Shown: positions 50,044 to 63,200 of the stretch, piece by piece
Layout: each line of letters starts with the position of its first letter
How positions within the stretch are numbered: the first letter of the stretch is position 1
Source of the DNA: Asterias rubens
Lineage: Eukaryota
Direction: 5' to 3'
DNA: 64,000 nucleotides
NCBI RefSeq assembly: GCF_902459465.1
Contig: NW_022985708.1
Span: forward strand, 62,001 to 126,000
Notes under the pieces: generated by a model
The model's database searches: none
What the model saw: the letters and a program-made list of their open reading frames with translations, nothing else
What the model was told of the DNA's origin: nothing
Translations under genes and position numbers: made by a program

Positions 50044-53000
50044 ATGCAGCAACTCACCATGGATCTGAAAACATATGTGATGGTCGAGTTCAAATCCAAG
50101 GCAGAGGTCGCTGTGGTCCACAAGAACTGGATAGTTGTAGGAGACCACAATACAAAATGCAAGTGGCCCCAAGTGTCACCAAGTGCAATTCGTCTTCACC
50201 TAATGGTAGTGGGAGAGATGAAGGCAGCAGCAGAATGGGACTGTCATGACATCGAAATCCTGTATCAGTCGGGTAAGTACATATAACTTCGGTGTTCTGT
50301 GTACATGAACACAAGAAGAGTTTTGTTGCATATGTTTCATATCCAGTTGTGGCATTTTTGAGAACAAATTCCATTATCCGTCTCAGGAATGATCGATATG
50401 TACGTGATGCAAATTATCTTTTCACATTTTGTGAAAAGAGAAGAACACTTTGTAAAAAACGCACTGTACATGTATATATCCACACATCTGTTTTTCTAGC
50501 AAGAAGCCATAAATATTCTGTTTATTTCGGACAGTTTCATGTTTCTGTATGATTTAAATAGTCACACCGCTAATGTCAAAATGTAATTAAAGACTAAAAA
50601 ATGAAGCTTACTGCTCTTATACATTTGTAGATTCCAGTTTACACATTAGCTCGTTATAAAGATGGAGCCAATACAGAGTAATAACATGCCCCATACATGG
50701 TATAAATACAAAATATACTTGCATCAATGTAAAATACTAAACTTTGTAGGTGGGGCAAATTTAATTGACAAAGCTTTCAAGAAGCAGTGTTGATACAGAA
50801 TTTCCCAAAATAAGAAAGCCTTGTAAGATATGTATTTACTTTGATGTGCTTGAAACTATTAGATGACTATCTGAAGTGCAAGGAGAAGATGAAACTTCTT
50901 CTTAAGGAGGATGTGTCCATAGAATGCCTGCAGACGCCCTCTGAAGGCTCAACAGCCGAGAACATCAGGAAGAGCAAACGAAGAAGGATGTAAGTAATTA
51001 GGGAGTTTGGTAAATGGTCTCACATACATGTACCTTGACAGGCCCATCCATATCCATGTGTTTACTTCTACTTGCCTCTGCAAATAACACATTTTTCCTC
51101 CAAGTATTCCTTTGATTTTGTTAAACAAGGAATATGTAGGTGGTAACATGTAGCTCTTAAATGTTTTTCAAAAGCAGTGCATGCTGTGAGATTATCATTG
51201 TGCTTAGGTAACACAGCAAACATTCAAATAGTTCAATTGGTTTTAATTTCCAGGCAAAGCCACCGATACAGCCCATTTGAGTCGGACAGTGATGAGGACA
51301 ATGGGCAAGACACACCACATCGCCCCAAAAAGGCAAGGATACATTTTCCACCCCTACCAAGGATCCAGTTCATCCATCCAGATGAACTGGAAAGTTGTCC
51401 ACCCTCACCATCTATCATGCCACCCTCGTCCACGAGGCCACCCTCAACAGCTGCCAGGCCACCATCATCTGGCAGACTGCCTTCATCATCTGTCAAGCCA
51501 ACCTTGCCATCTGCTGGTCTGTCTGCATCTGCCAGGCCATCTTCATCATCCACCAGGCCTCCATCTACATCTTCTAGGCAACCGACATCATCAATGAGGC
51601 CAACACCTTCCCCCAGATCACCCATAATATCACCCATGTCATTTCCCGCTATTGAGCCATCTACCTCCCACAGCAGTTCCTCTCGCTCCTCTAGCTCCTC
51701 TAGGACATCGCTGGCCCAATTAACTCAAGAGAAGGCTGCCAGCAAGGGAGTTTCAGGTATTGAGATGAATACCCTTCAATATCACGACCTCAGGTTTAGC
51801 ACTAAAAAGTTAACTTGACCTGAATTCAAACAGATCTTGAATAATCTTTTACCAACGTTCCAGCTGGTTTCTATTGTCTTCTGCACAACAATTGCAGTTG
51901 CACATAGACTAACAGTAATTTTGGGGAAATATTAATTTCTATCGGTAATTTTCACTCAAGTATCAGGCTTTGAAAACCTGTGATGTAAACTGGTCAGATG
52001 ACCTGTACATGTATCATAAACGAATACATTTTCATTTTTATTGCAGCAACCGAGGCTAAAATCCTTGAAACACTCGAGGCAATTTTGCTTCAAGTTGAGA
52101 GGAACTCAAGGATGCTCACCATGCTTGTTTCGAACAAGGAATCTTTGGAAGAGAGAGAGGATCTACCAGAAGAAGTCGACCTTCCCTTGCCCACGTACGA
52201 CTCTGCAAAGGATTTGGATCAGCGGCTTGCCGAAAACCAGACTCTTAAAAAATCATTGGTAGGTATATTTAATAGCACAACACAATTGTACTGCAATTTA
52301 TATGACATGTTCCATAGAATATATACGGCGTTTCATGTCATTTGGTCATATGATATTTTTAATTAATGCAAATACAATATGACAACATGCACAGCGTGGG
52401 AAGCGCTCAAGTGTAAAATGTGTTTGGAAATGTTTTCACTCCTTTGCAGTTGTTCTACTGTGGCACTTCTTTCATGGTAAATTTCTACATAGAAACAATT
52501 TTACACACATCACATTTGGCGGTGACTTATGTGACATGTCACTGTAAACAAGTTCATTTAAACTCCTGTGTTTAAGTCAGTGTATCATATACTATTGAGG
52601 ACAAACAATGCTGAGATGAAAACATCATGGTTCGCTTTCCTATGACCGGTTTTCATAGGAAAGCGAACTATGATGTTTTCATCTCAGCATTGTTTGTCCT
52701 CAATAGCTTGAGACATAATAGGACAGCACACATGTTAGTACTTGGCTTTGTTTAAATATAATACCACATTAATATTGACCATGAAAAGTAGAGTGTAACG
52801 CTTGAATGAATGGTGCTGATGAATTCACCCAAAGAATGTCCCTCTATAAGATATCTTCCTATGTATGTATGTTCTTGAAAATAGTAGATTCATATCATTG
52901 CCTTTTGGGGCAAAAATTGCTCAAAAAATTGTTTAATACATGTATTTTTTATCAATTACATATTCAGTCAACCCGTGTGCTCTTGTTCTGCTTAAATGAC

Positions 53001-54325
53001 TAACTGAAACATTAATTGTCATTTTTGTTTGGTTCAGATTAAGCGCCTCTCATTGATCGGCGGTGCCACCTTAGGAAAGGTGGTTCGAGGGATCATGGTT
53101 GATCTGGTGTCAACAGCCTTGGCCACACAGTGCAATTGGGTTGGGCAGAGAGGGCCAAAAAAGCCTTTTAGTGTTCTCAAGAACATTTTCTCTGTGATAA
53201 TCAGTAAGTAGGATTGTTTCTGTATGTACCTTAGGAGGGAGCCTTTTCAGTTTGCCAAAATGCATCTATTAACCCTTCTATGCTTGGGGTCACCTCTGGC
53301 CCAGGCCCTGCTAATCACAACCCCTCACAGCTGTGAAGCAATGTGAAGTGCAGAAATTTCCCTCAATAGGATTTTAGCGTGGAGTTTCTTTGTTAAGCCT
53401 GCATCCCTCAAAGGAACATACTTAATGCCTGCTGCACACGTGCAGCACGCATTGTATATGTTCCATTGAGGGATTCAGGCTTAACAAAGAATGGAATACA
53501 ATACACAGTAGCTACAATGGACGAAACAAAAGTGGTAATAATGGGGTGTTCATTGGGCAACTTCATGGCCAGCCCCTTTTGCTGCCCTTCACAAACACCC
53601 ATGCAGCTTTAAGGAGCAGGGTGGCTTTGCCCACAGGTTGTGTGTGAGGCATTAGCATGCATATACCAAAGCATCCAGAGGGAGAGTTAATGCACTTGTA
53701 AACAGTTGGATTTCAGCCATTTACCAAGCAAAAGAACAGATTCTTTCAAGTCATTTTGGTTTTGTTCTCATTTAAGTTACATGTATGAGATGATTTTTAT
53801 GTTGAGCTCATGCATGCATGTACCAACTCGCTGCTAACTCTGATGTTGCTGCGTGAATTGCACTGAAACTGAAATATACAAATTTCTTTGAATTAGTCAG
53901 AGAGAAGCATGAAGGTATATATACCTAACAATGTTTTGTTAACAAATATGAAACATACATTATAAGAAAACAAAAATATTGAACAAGTTTGTGGAGAATT
54001 TTCCAAGAAGCCTAGCTGTGTAAACGTTTGTAAGTCCCACAGGCAAAAGTGGCAATCCGACAGGGTGAACAACCCCAATTACCATTTTTGTAGGCTACTG
54101 TATTTATCTAATATTTTTACTTTTTCACCAGAATCAGTGCGACGAAACGGGGGGCATGAAAATGCCAGCCAAGAGGCAGTGCGGGATGCAGTGTCCAACC
54201 ATCTCCGCTACAGCTTTGATTTGGATGGACGTGGGTCCATCCGCAAGAAAAAATTCAAGGATGGAAGAACCACGGAGACCACTGCAGACCCTTCAAGTGA
54301 GCCGGACAGTGACACTGAGACATGA
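50044..54325 (+). CDS. Six-exon accessory gene (DUF4806/BEN-like), copy B
   Basis: Exons 50044-50272, 50863-50989, 51254-51756, 52047-52258, 53038-53203 and 54132-54325; phases 1, 2, 1, 0, 1 join into ~476 aa. Confidence 0.8.
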
Positions 54326-55812
54326 AGGAGGTGTGAAGGATATATTGGACAATTTTGGCTGTTTTTGCACTTTTAGGAAAAGCCATTCTTTTTCGTTTTT
54401 GCTTTTCTTTTGACTTGTAAAAAGGGCTTTGTGGTTTGCAGATGAGTGTCCCTAGTCGACTGGGGCAATTTACATTCAACCAGTCCCAAGCAATCTCCCT
54501 GAAGACCAGAATCCAATGTGTGTTATTGATTTACTGAAATTGTTCTTTGTTTCTTTATTTTATGAGAACAACCATTATGTAACATTTGACCATTTTCTGG
54601 TTTTTTTTTTATGTTGCCTCCGAATTGCTTATCAAAGTTGCCCTGTTGACATAGGCCTTTTGGGACCTAATTGTATAATAAAGAAAAAAAGGAGTGGAGA
54701 ACAAAATGTAGAATTACAGTTAATTGTTAAAAGAATGTTTGACTCTTAAGTGACTAAGAATAGGAACACAAATTATTGTTGTCATTTCAATCACTTCATT
54801 ACCTTCTCCATTTCAGAGACATTGGAGAATGAATAAGTGTATATTAAGTTGCATTTATCGTTTGTTAAACTCATACATGTACACTGCTTTTTCTTTTCTG
54901 CACTTTCCAGACGTCAATTTTGTTAACAGATATGACTGCTTGCTGATGTACAGAGTATGTTAAACCATCAAAACTGTTTGATTAGAACAACTGAAAACAC
55001 TTCATGAATGGATTATATTTGTGGAAGAAATAGGAATTCGGGCTACGCATTCAGACTTCCCTCTATGATTTGTTTTGCCCTTTAATAAACAATTGAACCT
55101 ATATAGGTGGCCATGTTTGTGACAATCAGTTGTCCACGCGTCTCTCCATATATGCACTGAGTATATACAATGAGTTCGCCAACTATCAAGCAGCCAGTGT
55201 CTTGCCTAGACTTGTTTTAACTCATACTGGGGTAATGCTGTTACATGTTTGAAATGAAACTAGGCCACTACGTTTGAAATTTTCAACGTTTCACTGTTTA
55301 TATCGTGCCTGCAAAATTTCTATTTCATTGTACATGTACATGCGTTTTTAAGAATAAAGTGATATTTGTCAGTATCGCAGTCATTTGTCACTTTCGTTGT
55401 TATGCTGTCGGATGAGTTAAAGCTCATTCCAAGTTTGTGGAAGTCACTTTATTAGTCATTTGTCTATTCATATGCCATGAAGCCTAAAATGGTCTGTTGG
55501 AAAGTTGCTGGAAATTTGTTGGAAGTGGGTGGAATCTGGTTGGATTAACATTGGAAACTTGTGGGATTTGTTGGGAATAATGACAAGTTTGGTTGGATAT
55601 TGTGGGAATAACGTAAATCCAACGTTGGAGCAACGTTGGATCCAGCGTCGCTGCAACGTTGTCTCAACATGCAAAATAACGTTGGTGCAACGTTGCCGGA
55701 CAACGCTGGTCCAACGTTGTCATCCGTATTTGACAACGTTGGTGCAACGTTGGACCAACGTTGGCTTGCTACCTGGGTTATTAGGTAGTAACGTAACATG
55801 AGTAACGGCACA

Positions 55813-56605
55813 TAGACCCAGTAACTGGGGCGCTGTAGCTGTACTCCTTTTTTCAAAATTTTCTTTTTCAAAATTTTATAGGTCGAACTACTAGCGACCG
55901 ATAATTTAAAAAAAAAATTTAAAGGAGTACAGAGCCCCAGTTACTGGGTCTAGTGTGCACCTGATTATAAATTTGACTATAGCCTAATTATGACAATGAG
56001 TTTCAAATTATTAAACGATTTTCAAAAGGTATTTTTAAAGTTTTAGTTTGAGCTTATTAAATACAATGTAGGTAACTATGGGATACTCCTAGAACTATGC
56101 GGTTTCATTCTGCTATCGTCTCCAGTAAAGCAGTAACCTCATAAACGTACATCTCTCATGACAATAAAGATACTGGTTCAATGAATTTTGGAATCGCAAA
56201 TCTCTTTTTTTTTTTTTTTTTTTTTCTTCCGAAATTAGGCTCTATGTGTCCTTTGAACTCTCATTGGTCCTGGGGCTGACGGAAAATCCACTCCGTGATC
56301 TCAAAAACTATCAAAAATTATAAATTCTTACCGTAATTCAGTCCCCAACTGCTTCGTTTTAACACTACACTACAAATGCCGGATGTCCCTGACTGTGCAC
56401 ATATTTTTTTTCCAGGACAAACGTGGAGAATTATGTGCACACGTTCGTCCTGAAAAGAAAAAATACCTAATCCTTGCTTTGTGTACAAAACATATCTGAG
56501 AACACACTTTTTGTTGACCGAAAAAAAAAGGACTACAGCGCCTAGTACGACCGATAATGACAAAAATTGTAAAAAAGGAATACAGCGCCCTAGTAACTGG
56601 GTCTA
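55813..56605. mobile_element. Non-autonomous TIR element with TAGACCCAGT(A/T)ACT termini and internal repeated ends
   Basis: TAGACCCAGTAACTGGGGCGCTGTA at 55813; inverted copies end at 55952 and 56605; no TSD identified. Confidence 0.5.
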
Positions 56606-56610
56606 GCCTG

Positions 56611-57037
56611 ACGCCATGTACATTGTACCTTCAGATTGTCACCTTTTTTTCAGATAAAAACCCCAAATGTTATGCCTAGACTTTTCCCCCAGTTGTCATG
56701 GAAACGATGTGCGCGCTCGTTTCAGTGTAATTTTATAAACAAATCTGGGGGCAAATCACTAAATTTACACCGTCGGCACTATGATGTTTACTGATGCGCA
56801 TGTGTACATGAGCGCTGATCTGATTTGCTGAAACGGACGCATTGCTTGCATTATGGCAATTTGCCCCAAGATTTGTCCATAAAGATAGACCAAAACGAGC
56901 GCGCACGTTTTCGTAGTAATGTGCATACGTACTAATGTACTGAGGTATAGTGGTAACTGGGGAAAAATCTAGGCATAACATTCTGGGTTTTTATCCACAA
57001 AAAAAGTGACATCCTGAAGGTACATGTACATTGGCGT
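56611..57037. mobile_element. Foldback MITE
   Basis: Long imperfect inverted arms ACGCCATGTACATTGTACCTTCAG..ATGTTATGCCTAGA..CCCCAGTT. Confidence 0.7.
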
Positions 57038-57257
57038 ATACGGCCAAGAAGCCGAGGGAGTACAGCGTATTGGCACTACTTATGGGGCTAGAGGTTCGTG
57101 AGCTCAGGGGGGTCCAGGAAATTCTTTCAGACATGTCAGAAAGATAAATTGATAGAAATAAATAAATAAATAATCAACGCCATTCATAATCCTTAACTAG
57201 CTGCTTTCTTAAGTTTCATGATTTCCTACAATTTTGTGTTTCCTGCAGGCAGTCATC

Positions 57258-60200
57258 ATGATTCGCTCACGGTTGCGAAACAGGTTTAAAAGAAAAGTAA
57301 GTACACTGTAGATGCAGGATAATTTTTTTAGTCCACATTTTTGGGGATTTTCCCAGTGCATGCATTATATATAAACATTTGGGTTAATGGTGTCTTTCAA
57401 TTTTAGCCTTGTGTGAAACAGTATATTTTTTGCACTTTTTAATTTTGTATTATTTTAGATCCAGTACTATTGAGCTACTCTCTAAGATCTTTGGTCTATT
57501 CTGACTACCCCATTACAGTCTACCCGCAGGTCACTCGATATAATAAGTTCCCTTTGTGATTTATCTGCACGATTTGGTGTGATTTTTCATGCGTGACCTC
57601 GGTTTGAATATATAATTAGTCCAAAGGGCTTCTAAAATTCAGTCTTTTTCGGCCTTATCTGAAAAGTATTGACAGAAATAATGTAGAACTTTTTGTTGGG
57701 TCAGGGACCAGTCTAGTGTATGCAGTTAGTCTTGGTTCAAAGACCATGGTGTTTGCTCGGTACATGCACAATCAGTACCACCAACGTTTGGATTTATGTA
57801 TCCCATATACACTGTACACGTTTGTAATGAATAAACATAGAGGGCGCTGTGACTAGTGTTATTTTCCCACCGACATCTGGATCAGGAAACAAAATTACAA
57901 CACGCTCTCTATGTTCATTCTTTACAAATGTACAGTGTGCGGTGTACATATGAACGTTGGTTGTGTGTACACGCAAACACCATGGTCTTGGAACCAAGAC
58001 TAGTATGCAGTGTGCATGTGGGACTGACCACTCTATCGGGACTAAAAACTCTAATCGACCAGCAGACCTGAACCAATTGTTGTGTGAACTTGCTCGATCC
58101 AGCAGGATGCTGGGCGTGCGTCATTTGGGACAGTCACGGTACGTCATTATCAGGAAATTGTGCATCGCAAAATGTATTTGACGTATTGTCATTGTAGGCA
58201 AAATGTGCGTCACATTTAAGACACAGTAATGTAATATAAATCCAGCTTACATTTGACAAGTGACGCACGATTCCAGGGGGGTCCTATGATGCGTCATACA
58301 ATTTACATTAGTGCATTAGTCTGACGGTATTTATAAAGACTTGTTCTAACAGTTCATCCATCCAACATCTTGTCAGTCTGATTACTGGTCTGTAAATCAA
58401 TCATACCAAAAAAATTTGAACGGCCTGATTCTTTGACCCATAGCAGAGTCTTTCTCAAGAAAGATTCTGCTGGGGGCCAAAACTTCAGGCCGTCAATTTT
58501 TTGTGTGCATTTATACCACACATACTTTTGTTTGGTGAACAGTTTGTAACAGCTAATTTTATTTTCTCTATCGAACCAAGTCTGACCAAATGTTTTAAAT
58601 CGTTACTTATTCTTTTAATTTGTGGATTTAAAACAAATTGTCTTGCAGTTTCAAGAAGGAGATAATGTCAAGGCACTGTGGCCTACTGATGGTTCATGGC
58701 ATGGAGCAGTTGTTGTTGGTTACAGCCAAGGTAATTGTTTTAACATTTATTCAGTATGCTAGTTTATAAAGCAGTTACATTCTGTGAGTTCCAACATGCA
58801 CAAATTTGGTGCTCAGCCCAATGATATTATTGTTAACCAAAGCTGGAAGTTCAAAAAAATTAAAGAGGTTAGGGGTTGAATTTTACATCTTTATATGCCA
58901 CCCAGTGAGATACTTGTCATATATGAAGCAGAAGGTTTTACGCTTGACATTTGAATGTATTATTCCTTGACCTACATCATAAACCATGCAGTTTGGTTCC
59001 TTAAATTTGTATCTGTTGCAGGCCATTACTTTTTGTCAAGGCATGGCACCTTGGTTCAAAAAAAATACCACGCAATCTGCTATGCAAGTGATGTTGATGA
59101 ATGACGGAGATCAGGCAGATTGATGACAATGACATTGTTTAATTAATTTATGTGATTGACAAAACAAATGCCATAAACAGATGATATATGCATCGTATGC
59201 TGACGAGAATCTCATCAATGCATGTTGTGCCAGTTTGTCTTTGAAAGCAGTTGAACAAGCTGTAATTTCAGAAAATGTTTGTTTGCCCAATTACAAAGTT
59301 TGCAGTTCTATCTATCGTACAGTTCTATCAATCCGGTCATCATTTCCATTTTTAAAATGTTTCTCAAGAGAAGGTTTCTTTCATTAAACTGTATTATTTT
59401 GACAATTTTTTTCAGGGAGATATATTGTGAAGTACAATGACGGTCTGAAGAAGACACTCCATGAACACCAAGTGAGTAATGTTCACAAAGTTGTAGATAA
59501 TTTTAGCCTGAGATGGTCCAATTATAACACTGACAACATTGATAAAGATAGTAATACAGGGCTCGACCCTAACGCTAGCCTAGCGTACATTGTCTAGTAA
59601 AAACTGCTGCGAGCAAGTAAAAACCACTTCTCAACTTCCCGGCGGGCTACTTAAAAACATGTGCACGATTCTTGTTTTTTATATGTGACTAATGTGATTT
59701 TGTGTGTCAAGCATGTCAAGCTTCAAGGCCATGGGCCAGGCGTAATGCATAACACCAGGCATCCAACTCTTCAGAAAACTACAACAAACTTATATTTTCC
59801 TATCACTTGCATGGACCAGACTGAAGCTAGCAGCGTATTGGGCCCCTATAGTGTCTGGTTCCCGCCTCATCACCTTATACAAAAAGCAACAAAAACACTA
59901 CGGAGCCAGACTGTTAAAAACATAGTGTAGAAGGTGTGCTGTATGAGGAGAACTTGTGTCTGTTTCAGGACTGTGTAATGCTTTTGTTCATGTGTAAACT
60001 TTCGTGGAGCCAGACTCTAAGAATCCTGAACCTTTATTATTTTTCAACAAGCAATGTTTCATTCAGTGGGATTTTTTTTGTTCATCTAACGCAGATTTTT
60101 TTTTTCATGCAGCTTGATTGTTTGTTTTTTTGGAAGTTTTTTTTGTAACGGCGGATTTCTATTTTATGAAATGGGGAAAACCACGGAAGAGTTGCATGCC

Positions 60201-63200
60201 TGTAACACGCGGAGGGCATATTAACTAAGACTAGTAAAAGCTCAAGTTAGATTGTTCTTGTTTACACATTTTGTACCATTGAACTTGAATCTTATACTGT
60301 GTAGTAGAGGGGATGATAAGCAAGTTTGCTATACAAGTTCGTTGTTGTATAATTTCGTTTTTGAAATTGGTTTCAAACAGTTACGTGTTTCAGATGAGAG
60401 AGACTCCAGTAACCTAGAACAGCGCACTTCTCCGTCAGTTGAAGAAAGAGACTCCAGTAACCTAGAACAGCGCACTTCTCCGTCAGTTGAAGAAAGAGAC
60501 TCCAGTAACCTAGAACAGCGCACTTCTCCGTCAGTTGAAGAAAGAGATTCCAGTAACCTAGAACAGCGCACTTCTCCGTCAGTTGAAGAAAGAGACTCCA
60601 GTAACCCGGAACAGCGCACTTCTCCGTCAGTTGAAGAAAGAGACTCCAGCCACCTAGAACAGCGCACTTCTCCGTCAGTTGAAGAAAGAGACTCCAGTAA
60701 CCTAGAACAGCGCACTTCTCCGTCAGTTGAAGAAAGAGACACCAGCCACCTGGAACAGCGCTCTTCTCCGTCAGTTGAAGAAAGAGACTCCAGCCACCTA
60801 GAACAGCGCACTTCTCCGTCAGTTGAAGAAAGAGACACCAGTAACCTAGAACAGCGCACTTCTCCGTCAGTTGAAGAAAGAGACACCAGCCACCTGGAAC
60901 AGCGCACTTCTCCGTCAGTTGAAGAAAGAGACTCCAGCCACCTAGAACAGCGCACTTCTCCGTCAGTTGAAGAAAGAGACTCCAGTAACCTAGAACAGCG
61001 CACTTCTCCGTCAGTTGAAGAAAGAGACACCAGCCACCTGGAACAGCGCACTTCTCCGTCAGTTGAAGAAAGAGACTCCAGTAACCTAGAACAGCGCACT
61101 TCTCCGTCAGTTGAAGAAAGAGACTCCAGCCACCTAGAACAGCGCACTTCTCCGTCAGTTGAAGAAAGAGACTCCAGCCACCTAGAACAGCATGAGAGAC
61201 AGTCGAGTCTTCACCTGGTACGGAAGACCACTACTTCAATGAATCAACAACGGCTTCAGCAAGCTCAATCATCACAAGCTTTGAAGCTTCACAGTATACC
61301 AGTATGGGAAGAAAATGACAAGCTGCAGCTGATATCAATTCCTGGATTTTCTCTTGACCAAATGGATGAAGTTTCATCATCAGTGGCAGAACAGTCTGAT
61401 AGTAGCTATGTTCCTGAATCAGAGTCGGATTCTGGAGAATCTATTGAAATTCCTCTTGCAGGGCTTGATCAGTTGCAGAAAGAAATGAGGGAGGCAGTCA
61501 CAGCAGATAACACAGAGGAATCAGAAGAACAATGTCAGCTGAGTAGTAGTGAAGTATCTTCAACCCTTTCGTTCTTGGTTTCTGAGATTAAAGTGGCGCA
61601 AACTACAAATGATGGAAAATCTAGAAACTGGGACAAGAAACAGTACTGTTACTTTTGTGGGCTTCCTCAAGCAAAATTATTCAGACATATCGAGTCTGTA
61701 CACAAAGAGGAGCCAGATGTTACATTCCTGCTTAATCACCCACATGGTGCAGCAAGAAAAAAGCTTCTTGTGAAAATCAGAAACTTGGGAAATCACAAAC
61801 ACAACTGCAATGTTCTCAGAGACGGGAAGGGCATGCTTGTTGTTGCATATCGGCCCTGCCATAGTAAAGCAAAGGCAAGTGACTATGGCCCATGTCCAAG
61901 TTGTCTTGCCTACTTTGTACGTAGAGAATTATGGAGACACACCCCCAAATGTCCATTGAGAAAGCCCTCAAAGAAGTCAGCAGATGGAAAGCCAACTTAC
62001 AGCCGGATATCCAGACAAAGTGACCTTCTAAAACCACCTGTTAAAGGTGTCTCATCACACTTAAACTTAATCATCCAGTCAATGAAGAAAGACGCTGTGT
62101 CCCTGGTAGTTAAGACTGATAAACTCATACTTGAACTTGCAAAAAGGGAATTCATGAAGGTGGGCCATGACGTTGACCAGTACAACTACCTGAGGACAAA
62201 ACTGAGGGAGATGGGCAGACTGCTGCTCCAACTACGACAAAACACAAAAAGGCCAAATGCATCACTTGAGTCCTTCATCAATCCCAGGTGCCTTACCGAC
62301 ATTGTGTCAGCTGTCCATGATCTTGCAGGATTTGACGAAGAAAGACATGATTACAAGGTTCCTTCACTGGCCCTCAAAATAGGGCACACATTCAATAAGT
62401 GTGCGGTTATTGTGAAAAGCCTTGCATTGGAATCTGAAGATAAAGACAAGGGAGCAAGAGCAGATGATTTCAAAGAACTTTGTGAAAGTAACTGGGAAGT
62501 GAGAGTCTCTACTCATGCCCACAGAACTTTAAGTGAGGCAAAACGCAACAACCCCACTACCTTGCCAACAAATGCTGACATCGTTAGAATGACCAAGTAC
62601 CTAAAAGATGTCGGGGCTCAACAAGTGAATTGTCTCAATGATGGCAAAGAAAATCCTCGAGATGCATGGAATCTGCTGAATGAGACAACACTCTGTCAAG
62701 CGATATTATTTAATAGGAGAAGACAAGGTGAGGTCTCAAAAATGAAACTCTCGGACTACACCAAGAAACATCGAGCAAAACCAGATGGTATGTGTATTCT
62801 CAGCAAGCTTGAGCAAAGTCTGTGTAAGATGTTTGAGATAGTTGAAGTTGTAGGTAAGCGAGGGAGAACAGTTCCTTTGTTACTGACTCCGGAGATGTCC
62901 GAGCAATTAAATTTGCTAATTGAGAATCGGCATGCTGTAGGGGTGGCGAGTGACAATAACTTTTTGTTTGGTCGTTCAAGCTACAGCAGTGAGGGACATA
63001 TCAGAGGATCCGATTGCCTGCGTAAACATGCAAGACTAAGTGGCGCTACTAATCCCAACAACCTGAGGTCAACAAAACTGAGGAAACACATAGCAACGGC
63101 TTCACAAATGTTGGCGTTATCTGAGAACCAGTTGGAGCTGTTGGCTTCGTTTATGGGCCACGATCTCCGAATACATAGGGAGTATTATCGAGTTCCGGAC

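Larger units (their letters stand above)
46377..55777 (+). mobile_element. Complete EnSpm/CACTA transposon, copy B (9401 bp)
   Basis: Perfect 33-bp TIR CCCAGGTAGCAAGCCAACGTTGGTCCAACGTTG; TT on both sides (46375-46376, 55778-55779); CAACGTTG subterminal repeats; two intact genes. Confidence 0.95.

Noticed and set aside
60329-61147. 272-aa antisense ORF
   Set aside because: By-product of a stop-free 48-bp repeat on the opposite strand.
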